Origin: Balanoglossus misakiensis
Lineage: Eukaryota > Animalia > Hemichordata
Direction: 5' to 3'
Assembly: GCA_040954595.2 (NCBI GenBank)
Contig: CM082597.2
Span: forward strand, 6,473,849-6,537,848
DNA: 64,000 nucleotides
Positions 11,651 through 24,115 of the stretch are shown here, one piece after another. The notes under the pieces were generated by a model that saw only the letters and a program-made list of their open reading frames with translations, was not told where the DNA came from and ran no database searches. How positions within the stretch are numbered: position 1 is the first letter of the stretch; each line of letters begins with the position of its first letter. The position numbers were made by a program, and so were the translations under genes.

Positions 11651-12111
11651 TGTCCTCTCACTGACCCACTTTCAGAAAAAAAAAATTATTTTTTTTTCTT
11701 CTATTTGGCGTGGTCTTGCCATGAATTGAAAGAAATGACTGTGAACCAGATTTGAATAGGTTCCTCAAATAACCACCATATACATACATACTGAATTGTT
11801 AGAACATGTAATATTTATCTTCAATGGTTTACATGGAACACCATAGATATGACACCAAGACAATTATCTATCAAAACTAATTAACTTTCCAATGAAGAAA
11901 AACGAATGGACAGAAAATAAAACGCTGAGTAGAAGCTAGCCTAGACAAAAATGCCTACTTTGTAACCGCGCGCACTTGTCGATCGATCATATACAACAGC
12001 GGCTGTGAACCCTGTTGTGACTGGTTCTGGAGGCTCAGATAAAAAACACGGCCCTAACACGCAGAGTTACGACTGATCTGTTATTAAAAACATGCATTGC
12101 CAGACGTTTAC

Positions 12112-12480
12112 CTCTAAATTCCACCCGAACTAAAGTACAATTAGCTAAGAACACCGAGGAGATACTTCCGTATTAGTCTGCCTCACATGAATGAGCAAAT
12201 GATTTGCCGTAGACAGACCCTCATTATGCATGACCTGCCAGCCTTTCAACCAATAGACGCAGCTCTGTGGTATCACATGACATTATTATTGAGTTAATCT
12301 GCACACGTGAGAATTACCCGCCATGTCACCAGACTTGACTTTTACGCCCATTTTTTTTAGCATATTGGAGCATATCTGCCAATGCAAACTTTAAGGGGAG
12401 TGACAAATGACATGCTGCATTCAATAAAATAAAACTGGATTGGACAATGCGGCGCTAAATGCTCACATGACCGAAATCCG
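12112..12480 (-). promoter_or_regulatory. Candidate promoter and non-coding first exon of TRIM-NHL copy 1
   Basis: Locally CpG-rich. Minus-strand donor GAG|GTAAAC at 12112/12111, ETS-like ACGGAAGT at 12164-12171, CCAAT at 12250, TCATGTGA M-boxes at 12183, 12273 and 12463, CACGTG at 12304. The same layout recurs, with donors at 20827, 30669, 42888, 53507 and 61217. Confidence 0.45.
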
Positions 12481-15168
12481 GCGTGTGTCAATCAATGGTT
12501 TTCTATGCATGTCTTCAAACTCACGTGTTTCAAAACAAAATCTGGGTAGGTGGCAAACCGAGAGAGTTGCATTTTGAAGCTGAAAGATCCCTGGAGTCAA
12601 CCATGTCTGGGTGTAGGGGTTTGCACTCTCCTAATAGCTCATACGATCGAATAAAATGGACTCTAAAATAATAGCATTTTCTATCGTTTTCCTCATATTT
12701 ATATTATACTACGGGCACATCTTACCATTTGACTTTACAATTGACTATTTTGGAATGAAAGGTAATATCAGAAGGGCATATTTTTCATACAAGATTGCCG
12801 ATATTTTTTTAGACCAAAAAGTACAACATATCAAAGAGAGGCCTGTAAATCCCGCGGAAAATGCACTCTCTATTTGGTCATGCGGTGAGGACTCCTACGG
12901 AACGGGCAGCATCATAGGACCCGCTTACCGGGACAGTTCATGACTTCCCGAACACGATAGTTGCAGCTTTTTTTTGCACAGAGTTGACGCCAATCCTGCT
13001 AAATCCCCCCACAAATGCTCCACCTCCAGAAATCAAATGGTTCTCCCCTTATATCTGCAACCCCAGCAAGGGAATTTCAATTTTTGTCCTTTGGATTGAA
13101 GGTTCAATTGACTCAAGTAATTGCAAAATACAATCACAGTCACTCCACAAAGATGTATAGCGTTAATTCTCTAGAACTCCAACTTTCAAGTATTAACTGG
13201 GGTTTCTTATAAAAATATAAACATATGAAACGTAATAGAATTATGAAAACCTGTTTATTCACCACATGGGTTGTGCACAACAAATGTATCAGCTGTTAGT
13301 CCACACAAACTAAACATGATTACAGTGTATTCTTGGTTATTTAAAAAAAATACTGAATGATTTCACCAAAAATTGTGGTCCACTAACAAATTTATGTCAA
13401 GGCCACTGTTACCTGATAATAAACCCCTCATCAAGAAATCTACAGGAATTTAAATTGGTTACAAAAAAATGTTGCTAGCTGTTTGGTCGTAAATTAAAGT
13501 TAAGTGGTCCAATGTTCATGTGATAAGTACTGAAGTCGACAGAAACACTGTGTCTTGGTGATTACATTAACATACAATAGGTCTCAAATCAGTCAACCAA
13601 ATAACTCAGTAATGTTCATTGTCCAGATTTGTGAGTTATAAGTGTCTATCGATCGTCAACCAAATAATCAATAATTTGCACGTTTGTTGTCCAGATTATT
13701 TATGAGTTATAAGTGTATATCGTCAAAACGAAAGTCAAGAAAAATAAAGTGAATACAACACGTTACAAATAATGAATTCTATGATTTCCTGTAAAATGAC
13801 AAAAAGTTGTTGAAACAGGAAAATTTGATTAAAGTTCATGAAAGTAGAAAACCACTGATTACAGTCAACACATTACATGTAATCTCAAAAACTAAAGCTC
13901 AAAAACTAAAATGGATGAAAAAACAGTAGCTACACACATTAGGATCTGAAGAGGCTAAGTTGTTTTAACCCTTTCTCCACCATGGTTTGGTTTAACTCCA
14001 TTGTTCTCCAATGGCAGTGTTGGACCTTTACACAGTGAAATGGGGGTGAAAGGGTACTCTCAATTGTAGTAAAGAAAAACTGAAAACATATCTTGAAATT
14101 ATTTATCAACAGACATATTTATAACACTCAGCTATGAATTCATCATTCATCTAAGTGTGATAACATTGTTCCACAAAAAATAACATGGTGGAAAAGTTCA
14201 ATAAATGTAGTGGACTAAAAAACCACTGGTCCTGTTATAGAGCTGAATTCTACATGTTTCTTTAAAAACATTAGAAATAAAGAAAAATATTGTCTGTTTA
14301 CATCAAAATATTAAAGACTTAGTGGCATTGAATAAAACTGAAGATTGATGTCCAGAACTGACAGATACGAGTGAATGTTCGGATGTTTCTCAGTTGATCT
14401 GTTGTGACATAAAATTGTTGTGTTAAAGCCCCAGTAATGTTTATGTTTGGCTGTTTTTTCTGTATTTTTCTCTCATGCATCAAATCCAGTTTCTTGTTCT
14501 TCTCTGGAGAGCTTTATGAAAAGTTCATTTTTTAGCTTCTCAACAAATCCTGTATATGAGTAACAGCCACTGTTATTGTCGACAAATGAATTGATGTCCT
14601 GACTTTAATTCATATTTCAACAATAACAATGGTGATTACTACAAAATAACTGTGTTGAAAAACCAAAAAAACTGAGAAATTATTTATGTCTCACAGAGAA
14701 GAACAAGAAACCACAGTTCTAACTGAAAACAATAATATTGACAAGATAGCCCAAAGTTGGAAGTTACTGGGGTTTTAATTGTTTTGTGATACCTGTCCTG
14801 ATTTCGGTCTGACCCCAACTGGGTGTAGTCAGATTTGTGTCGGTGAAAAGTCACTGTAGATTTTTTGACTGACAAAAATTGTACAGTAACAAGGAGGTCA
14901 TGACATACTCAATAAACAACATGTTATCAGTGTCACCTTGGCAACAGTGGAATTGTTAGTTAACTGTTAATGTAGCAATTGGACAATAGATATACTTTGC
15001 TTTAATTATGAACCATGTAAAATGTTCACAATTTGTTATAGACAAAATGCAAAATTCATGATAACTTCATAGAAAGTACTGATATTTTTGTCAGTAAATT
15101 CTTTTTTTGCTGCCACTGTTGACTGTGACATGAAATACAGATTTTTTCAAAGATACTTTTAACCTTAA

Positions 15169-15617
15169 AGGGGAAATCCGCTGTAGCTGATTTCTACATA
15201 ATTTGGTAGCTTTGATGTCTCTCTTTCAGAAAAAATCATATTCGCCATGTATAGGTCGCGCGATTTTTTACAAAATCTAAGGAAAGTTGGCAGAATTTCC
15301 AATATGGCGTTTACTGTAATTTGAATCATGGGAAAAAAAGCGCCAGGAGCAACTTCCGCCCACCATGGTGTGGGTGATACCATTCTCCGATTGGTGTCAC
15401 TGGGCGACAGACTAGGCGTATTTTCATAGCTATTGTTTGTTCTTTGCATCAGTTGATAAACAATCATCAGCAAAGTCGAAAATTTGTCATCTATTGACAG
15501 TTTTCATGAGCTATAACCCATGAAAAATATGCAAATACGCTTAGCTTGTGACACAGTGACACCAATCGGAAAATGGTATCACCCACACCAAGGTGGGCGG
15601 AAGTTGGTCCTGGCGCT
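15169..15617. mobile_element. Truncated Kolobok-like fold-back insertion specific to the copy-2 3' flank
   Basis: Starts ttaa|AGGGGAAATCC. Internal inverted repeat of about 62 bp (15340-15402 versus 15553-15617). Absent at the paralogous sites (ttaaccttaaaaaaaacacacc, about 7060 and 56395). The right end is missing. Confidence 0.7.
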
Positions 15618-16651
15618 AAACCAACACCACAAAACTATTTAAAAATTGTGTAATCTTGGTTATACTCAGAACCCAAAATTCAAAGTCTCTATCTGTAGTT
15701 CAATTAAAAAAATATCAGCTGATGTGAATACTGCATGATTTGCATGTCCCCCTTTGGAAAGATTTGTCATGTCAGGAAAAAAACTACAATTTGCTGCCAT
15801 CTTTCCAATCGGGCTGACATGGACACAAGAGGGTAAAACATTTTTTCCTTCAAATCTGGGGGTTCTCTCATAAGAATCAAAGAGATGTCTCTTTTGGGAG
15901 AAATCTGTCTATTCCAACAGAAATGTCAACTATAGTTGTGAGAGTGTTGTATGCACATGGTCTCTCCAACCAGTTTGCCGTCATAAGTCATTCTACAGTT
16001 GGTTTCATGTGCGTGACTTTCAGATGCAATCTGAAGTCGAGCGATACATTAGTCATCATCTCAAGTTTTTTTGTGACAAGCAAGTGTCTGCTTGTTTTGT
16101 TGTTGTTTGTATCAACTGCAGTTTGTTGTTGAAACCCCTACAGCATATGATGAAATGTTCAGCCTATATGTGTACAGATAGCATTATTATTGCTGAAAAT
16201 TGAATTGAATTCAATTCCTTGATCAACAATAATAATGATGCACATGTCTAGGTTATTTCAAGAAACTGAACAGTGGCCATTTTAGAATGGTATTATAGTG
16301 TGGAATAAGAACTATAGTTCATATTTACAGACAGAAATACTGAAAAAAAAACAAATAGTGGGCCTTAATCTACAAACCAATGTGGCATATATGCATCCAG
16401 GTTCTGCCATCACCTTCACATGTAAGCCTTATTTCAGTGAAATACAGTAAAATCTGTCAAAACCAAACTCAGTCTGATCGGGAAACCTGTCTATACCGAA
16501 CACTCTTTCCAGTGCCCTTCACTTAAAACCACATGTTGAAAGACCCTCTGTAAACCAGACACCTCTGCAAAGCGAACAATATTCTCACTCCCATTGGTGT
16601 CTGGTTTATAGACAGGTTTCACTACAGTTGATACATTGAGATGTGACACTT

Positions 16652-18610
16652 TCACTGTGCAAAGACTTTGAGGCAGTCGTTGCCCCAGTCAGCAACCACT
16701 ACATCCATGTCATCTGTCACAGCCAAACCTAGTGGGCGATCTAACCCATCCTCAGCTTTATCAATGTGACAGATGAATTTACCTCTGTTGTCAAATTTCT
16801 GCACATTCTTGTTTTTCTTGTCACAGACATACAGATATCCTGCTTTATCAGATACTATTCCTTGTGGCCAATAAAGCTTACCATCACCTTCACCAAATTC
16901 TCCAAATGCAAACATGAACTCACCATCTGCATTAAATGCTTGAATGCGATGGTTGTTCATGTCTGATACAAACACAACTCCACAACTGTCAACAGTCAAG
17001 AACTCAGGCCCTTTGAACTGTCCCTGTCCTGTGCTAAAACTCCCAAATGATTTGATGTACTGACAATCATGTGTGTATTTCCTGATGCAGTTACCCTCTT
17101 TGTCTGTGTCAGCACTGGCCTTTCCATCCCAATCACTCACATACACACTTCCATCTACAGGACTAATAGCAATGCGGTTGGGATTCTTGACTTCTTTCCC
17201 AAAGCATTTGATCAGAGACCCATTCTCATCACTCACAACTATTTGTTTGTTATCCCAATCTGTCATGAAGTATTCATCATCAGCTGATATTGCAACATCG
17301 ACGGGTTTGAAAGGCTGTGCAAACTGAGTGAATGTGAAACTTGATTTGTATTTCCCATCCCTGTCAGTGATTTGTACTCTGTTGTTACCTGCTTCAGCAG
17401 TGACAAAGTTTCTGTGTCTGTTAATACTGATACCATTAGGGTAATTGAACTGCCCACGTTTGTTACCTTTACATCCAATGGTCTTCACCAAGCCTTTCTT
17501 TGTCTCTACTGACACTGAATCTTCACGAAGCAATCCCAGCATTCCTCTATCTTTGGTCTCCTCAGCTGGCTGGAATTTCACCATGTCCACTCTGGCATCA
17601 ATTTCTGTCTCCATGGCGATAATTTCCTCCATGTGATGTATTGTCTCCTGCTTGGTGGCCATGATCTGGGCTGGTGTCCCATGATGCATCAGTGTCTCTA
17701 TGTAGCAGCGTTGGCTTGCAATGTTGCCATGTTTCAGTTCCCACTCATCTATTAGAGCCTCCGTCTGCTTTACTCTCTGTCCATATTTTGTCTGCAGCTC
17801 TTTAATCAACTGTTTCTCCTCCCTCTGTGCCTTCTGTATGACCTTTGCTGTTTTCTGTCTCACTTTCTGTTCTTCCTCCTGGCATTCGACCATCAGTGTC
17901 TCTCTCTTCAGTTTGGCCAGTGTTGTGCTTGTCTTTGCTCCCCATTCTTTTTCTGTCACCTGACACAACAGATCTCTCAACTGTTTGGTGTAGTCATTTG
18001 CAGCATCTTGGAGATCTCTGTTGGTGTGTTTCGGACTTGGATGTTTGGTAACAGCACAAGCCGTGCATGCAGAAACCATACAGGTCTCACAGTAGACTTC
18101 GACAACATTTTCTGGATGGACACTGCAGAAGACTTTTTGTTGCTTCAGGAGAGTTGACGATTTTGTGTTGTTGTATTCGTCTAGTGTCATGACCTTGTGA
18201 CCTCTCAGAAACTTCTGGTGTGATTTTGTGCAGGAAGTGCATAGCCTTTCACTGCAGTCAATACATTGGTGAGATGCTGCATGTGCTGCACAGACACTGC
18301 ACATAGACTTGGCCTGTCCTTCGGGACCTTGTCTCTGATAAAGATCGACCAATGAGTTGATGAAAAAGTTACCTTTCAATTGAGGCACTCCACCAGCAGG
18401 AAGTTTACATACCTCACGGCATGTCGGACACTTCAACCGAGCTTTTCCTTTCACCAACTTTGTCAGACACGGCTCACAGAATGAATGGTTACATGGCAAG
18501 ACTTTGGGTTTCTTGAACAGTTCCAGACAGATCGCACAGGAGAGGAAATTCTCACCAATCTCGTTCAGAACTTTGTCTAACTCGGAACCTCCAGGATATG
18601 CTGCAGCCAT
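16652..18610 (-). CDS. TRIM-NHL copy 2, 652 aa, with a divergent RING/B-box1 segment
   Basis: Intact ORF with the same architecture. ATG at 18610. Confidence 0.96.
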   Translation of the reverse strand: MAAAYPGGSELDKVLNEIGENFLSCAICLELFKKPKVLPCNHSFCEPCLTKLVKGKARLKCPTCREVCKLPAGGVPQLKGNFFINSLVDLYQRQGPEGQAKSMCSVCAAHAASHQCIDCSERLCTSCTKSHQKFLRGHKVMTLDEYNNTKSSTLLKQQKVFCSVHPENVVEVYCETCMVSACTACAVTKHPSPKHTNRDLQDAANDYTKQLRDLLCQVTEKEWGAKTSTTLAKLKRETLMVECQEEEQKVRQKTAKVIQKAQREEKQLIKELQTKYGQRVKQTEALIDEWELKHGNIASQRCYIETLMHHGTPAQIMATKQETIHHMEEIIAMETEIDARVDMVKFQPAEETKDRGMLGLLREDSVSVETKKGLVKTIGCKGNKRGQFNYPNGISINRHRNFVTAEAGNNRVQITDRDGKYKSSFTFTQFAQPFKPVDVAISADDEYFMTDWDNKQIVVSDENGSLIKCFGKEVKNPNRIAISPVDGSVYVSDWDGKASADTDKEGNCIRKYTHDCQYIKSFGSFSTGQGQFKGPEFLTVDSCGVVFVSDMNNHRIQAFNADGEFMFAFGEFGEGDGKLYWPQGIVSDKAGYLYVCDKKNKNVQKFDNRGKFICHIDKAEDGLDRPLGLAVTDDMDVVVADWGNDCLKVFAQ

Positions 18611-18971
18611 CTTTGCAGCTCGAGTCAAAATGCTTGTAATCACATAGCAACACACTGTTCAGTATAGTGTCATTAATTTTGTCTGAGTTATGGGGTTTAT
18701 AAAAACTTGGCAAGCCACCAAAGTCACATGATAAATTGAATTCAGTGATTCAGCAAATACCAGGGTCTACCTAGTACCGGCTGAGTACCTGAGAGTTGAG
18801 GTCAAAAGGTCAAACTTGAACACAATGAATCACTGAGAAGAGAATGAATGTAAACTTTGGCTGGGTACAGTTGACAAATACCGATATATTGAACTGAAAG
18901 TGGGACACATCATCACATTATACCAATGAACCATCCCAGATTTCTTGGTACTCATTAGACATTGTGAGCTG

Positions 18972-19283
18972 TTTGTCTCTTCTTGTATTTTCACAAATCT
19001 TTGCAAACATTCATTGCAAATTATTTGTCTCTTCTTGTATTTTCACAAATCTTTGCAAATATTCATTGCAAATTATTTGTCTCTTCTTGTATTTTCACAA
19101 ATCTTTGCAAACATTCATTGCAAATTATTTGTCTCTTCTTGTATTTTCACAAATCTTTGCAAACATTCATTGCAAATTATTTGTCTCTTCTTGTATTTTC
19201 ACAAATCTTTGCAAACATTCATTGCAAATTATTTGTCTCTTCTTGTATTTTCACAAATCTTTGCAAACATTCATTGCAAATTA
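18972..19283. repeat. 52-bp minisatellite, 6 copies
   Basis: 312 bp = 6 x 52. Confidence 0.95.
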
Positions 19284-20003
19284 TGAACATACATGTACAC
19301 ATTATGTCTGCATGAAAGTTCCATCTCTGGCAACCAATTTCCCAATACAGAATTTGTGTGAGGAACCATATTTCATCCTGATAGATGGTATTATACCAAT
19401 AGTGAAATTTGATTTTTTTTTCTTGAAGAGAACTTGGTGGCAACTGACAGTGTTACTATAGCAACACTACAAAAACATCAGATCATATTATTATATTTTT
19501 TGCTGCTTGTATATGAAATTAAGTTTCATTTCATTTGGCATCAATTGCTAGATAAACAGTTTTTTATTAAACTGTTAGTCAGCAATTTCTATTCACTTCT
19601 TATCTCGGCTAGTACAGCTGTTTTTAAACTGGCTGGGGTGTTGAATCCACCCACAAGTTGAGGTCAAAAGTTCTGGAAGTATAAACACAATGGACAATTC
19701 TTTACACAAAGATAACAGTTGCAAACTTTGACAGAGAATGAAAGAGTTGGCCTATATTGCAGGTTACTGTGTGAGCACTGGCTGATTGTATGATACAGTC
19801 TGCACGATAATCCCTCGATTAGGGCGTGTCTGGTACCAGTGATTTGATTGGCTGTTATCGAGTTATTGGCATGTTCGTCATCGTCTGACAAACCATTTTT
19901 TACATGAGTAGGGGCAAACTTTCACGTTTCAAAATCAATTATTTGTTTTACATCGCGTGAACAGATTCTATCATAAATTGCTTTTTTTGTTAACTTTATG
20001 CGC

Positions 20004-20365
20004 AAACTATTTATTTTCGCAATGACTTGCGAATGCTGACAACCTCTGTACGCATATCAACCCATGCGCTTAATTTTGCCTACCCTACACACAAATGGTT
20101 TACACTTCCGTCAAATTCATGTCAACACGAAGTGTCCGGCACAGAGTGTGAATGAAAACAGATAGGGCGAATTTCAAGGACTGTAAACTAATTATTTTCG
20201 CAATGATTTGCGAATGCTGACAACCTCTGTACGCATATCAACCCATGCGCTTAATTTTGCCTACCCTTCACACAAATGGTTTACACTTCTGCCAAATTCA
20301 TGTCAACACGAAGTGTCCGGCACAGAGTGTGAATGAAAACAGATAGGGCGAATTTCAAGGACTGT
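20004..20365. repeat. 181-bp tandem repeat, 2 copies
   Basis: Starts at 20004 and 20185. Confidence 0.92.
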
Positions 20366-21955
20366 TGTCCTCTCACTGACCCATTTTCTGAATTTTTATT
20401 TTATTTTTTGTTTTTCTATTTGGCATGGTCTTGCCATGAATTGAAAGAAATGACTGTGAACCAGATTTGAATAGGTTCCTCAAATAACCACCATATGCAT
20501 ACTTACTGAATTGGTAGAACATGTAATATTTATCTTCAATGGTTTACATGGAACACCATAGATAATAACACCAAGAGATTTATCTATCGAAACTAATTAA
20601 CTTTCCAATGAAGAAAAACGAATGGAGAGAAAAAAATGCTGAGTAGGAACTAGCCTTGACAAAAATGCCTAATTTGTAACCGCGCGCACTTGTCGATCGA
20701 TCGTATACAACAGCGGCTGTGAACCCTGTTGTGACTGGTTCTGGAGGCTCAGTTAAAAAACACGGCCCTAACACGCAGAGTTACGACTGATCTGTGATTA
20801 AAAAAAATGCATTGTCATACGTTTACCTCTAAATGCAACCCGAACTAAAGTACAATTAGCTAAGAACACCGAGGAGATACTTCCGTATTAGTCTGCCTCA
20901 CATGAATGAGCAAATGATCTGCCGTAGACAGACACTCACTATGCATGACCTGCCAGCCTTTCAACCAATAGACGCAGCTCTGTGGTATCACATGACATTA
21001 TTATTGAGTTGATCTGCACACGTGAGAATTTCCCGCCATCTCACCAGACTTGACATTTACGCCCATTTTTTTACCATATTGGGGGCATATCTGCCAACGC
21101 AAAACTTTAAAGGGAGTGACAAATGACATGCTGCATTCAATAAAATAAAACTGGATTGGACAATGCGGCGCTAAATGCTCACATGACCGAAATCCGGCGT
21201 GTGTCAATCAATGGTTTTCTATGCATGTCTTCAAACTCACGCGTTTCAAAACAAAATCTGTGTAGGTGGCAAATCGAGAGAGTTGCATTTTGAAGCTGAA
21301 AGATCCCTGGAGTCAACTATGTCTGGGTGTAGGGGTTTGCACTCTCCTAATGGCTCATACGTTCGAATAAAATGGACTCGAAAATAATAGCATTTTCTAT
21401 TGTTTTCCTCTTATTTATATTATACTACAGGCACATCTTACCATTTGACTGCACATTTGACTATTTTGGAATGAAAGGTAATATCAGAAGGGCGTATTTT
21501 TCATACAAGATTGCCGATATGATTTTTAGACCAAAAATCTCAACATATCAAAGAGAGGCCTGTAAATCCCCCGGAAAATGCACTCTCTATTTGGTCATGC
21601 GGTGAGGACTCCTACGGAACGGGCACCATCGTAGGACCCGCTTACCGGGACAGTCCATGACTTCCCGAACACGATAGTTGCAGCCTTTTTTTGCACAGAG
21701 TTGACGCCAATCCTGCTAAATCCCCCCACAAATGCTCCACCTCCAGAAATCAAATGGTTCTTATATCTGCAACCCCAGCAAGGGAATTTCAATTTTTGTC
21801 CTTTGGATTGAAGGTTCAATTGACTCAAGTAATTGCAAAAAAAATCACAGTCACTCCACAAAGATGTATAGCGTTAATTCTCTAGAACTCCAACTTTCAA
21901 GTATTAACTGGGGTTTCTTATAAAAATATAAACATATGAAACGTAATAGAATTAT

Positions 21956-24115
21956 GAAAACCTGTTTATTCACCACATGAATTTTGCACTTAAATGTATC
22001 AGCTATTAGTCCACACAAACTAAACATGATTACAGTGTATTCTTGGTTATTTAAAAAAACTGAATGATTTCACCAAAATTTGTGGTCCACTAACAAATTT
22101 ATGTCAAGGCCACTGTTGACCTGATAATAAACCCCTCATCAAGAAATCTACAGGAATTTCAGCTGGTTACAAAAAAATGTTGCTAGCTGTTTGGTCGTAA
22201 ATTAAAGTTAAGTGGTCGAATGTTCATGTGATATGTACTGAAGTCGACAGAAACACAGTGTCTTGGTGATTACATTAACATACAATAGGTCTCAAATCAG
22301 TCAACCAAACAACTCAGTAATGTTCATTGTCCAGTTTTGTGAGTTATAAGTGTCTATCAATCGTCAACCAAATAATCAATAATTTGCATGTTTGTTGTCC
22401 AGATTATTTATGAGTTATAAGTGTATATCGTCAAAACGAAAGTCAAGAAAAATAAAGTGAGTACAACACGTTGCAAATAATGAATTCTATGATTTCCTGT
22501 AAAATGACAAAAAGTTGTTGAAACAGGAAAATTTGATTAAAGTCCATGAAAGTAGAAAACCACTGATTACAGTCAACACATCACATGTAATCTCAAAAAC
22601 TAAAGCTCAAAAACTAAAATGGATTAAAAAACAGTACCATACACACGTTAGGATCTGAAGAGGATAAGTGGTTTTAACCCTTTCTCCACCATGGTTTGGT
22701 CTTACTCCATTGTTCTCCAATGGTAGTGTTGGACCTTTACACAGTGAAATAGGGGTGGAAGGGTTTTAAGGAAGTACTCTAAATTGTAGTAAAGAAAATC
22801 TGAAAACATATTTTGAAATTATTTATCAACAGACATATTTATAACACTCAGCTATGAATTCATCATTCATCTACGTGTGATAACATTGTTCCACAAAAAA
22901 TAACATGGTGGAAATGTTCAAGAAATGGAGTGATCTAAAAAACACTGGTCATGTCATATAGCTGAATTATAAACTGTTCTTAAAAAAACATGAAAAATCA
23001 AGAAAAAAGTTGTCTGTTTACATCAAAATATCAAAGAAAAACTGTTTATTCACCACATGTATATAATTTTGCACTTAAAATGTATCAGCTGTTAGTCCAC
23101 ACAAACTAAACATGATTACAATGTATTCTTGGGTATTTAAAAAAATACTGAATGATTTCACCAAAAATTGTGGTCCACTAACAAATTTATGTCAAGGCCA
23201 CTGTTGACCTGATAATAAACCCCTCATCAAGAAATCTACAGGAATTTAAATTGGTTACAAAAAAATGTTGCTGGCTGTTTGGTCGTAAAATAAAGTTAAG
23301 TGGTCCAATGTTCATGTGATAAGTACTGAAGTCGACAGAAATAGTGTCTTGGTGATGACATTAACATACAATAGGTCTCAAAACAGTCAACCAAACAACT
23401 CAGTAATGTTCATTGTCCAGATTTGTGAGTTATAAGTGTCCATCGATCGTCAACCAAATAATCAATAATTTGCACGTTTGTTGTCCAGATTATTTATGAG
23501 TTATAAGTTTATATCTTCAAAACCAAAGTCAAGTAAAATAAAGTGAGTACAAAACACGTTGCAAATAATGAATTCTATGGTTTCCTGTAAATTGACAAAA
23601 AGTTGTTAAAACAGAAACAAATGATATGAGTTCATGAAAATAGAAAACCACTGATTACAGTCAACACATTACATGTAATCTCAAAAACTAAAGCTCAAAA
23701 ACTAAAATGGATTAAAAAACAGTACATACACACATTAAGATCTGAAGAGACTAAGTTGTTTTAACCCTTTCTCCACCATGGTTTGGTCTAACTCCATTGT
23801 TCTCCAATGGCAGAGTTGGACCTTTACACAGTGAAATGGGGGTGAAAGGGTTAAGGAAGTACTCTGAATTGTAGTAAAGAAAATCTGAAAACATATTTTG
23901 AAATTATTTATCAACGGACATATTTATAACACTCAGCTACGAATTCATCATTCATCTACGTGTGATAACATTGTTCCACAAAAAATAACATGGTGGAAAT
24001 GCTCAATAAATGTAATGGACTAAAAAACCACTGGTCATGTTATAGAGCTGAATTCTACATGTGTCTACTCTTGAAAAATCGAGAAAAAAATTGTCTGTTT
24101 ACATCTAAATATCCA
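21956..24115. repeat. About 1.08-kb tandem duplication of the distal 3' flank of copy 3
   Basis: gaaaa(c/a)ctgtttattcaccacat starts at 21956 and again at 23036, each followed by the same block. Confidence 0.9.

Noticed and set aside
12483-14875. Recurrent small spacer ORFs (MDSKIIAFS..., MLHLQKSNG..., MSVKKSTVTF...)
   Set aside because: Lengths and frames differ between units (frameshifts, stops) and there is no recognisable domain.
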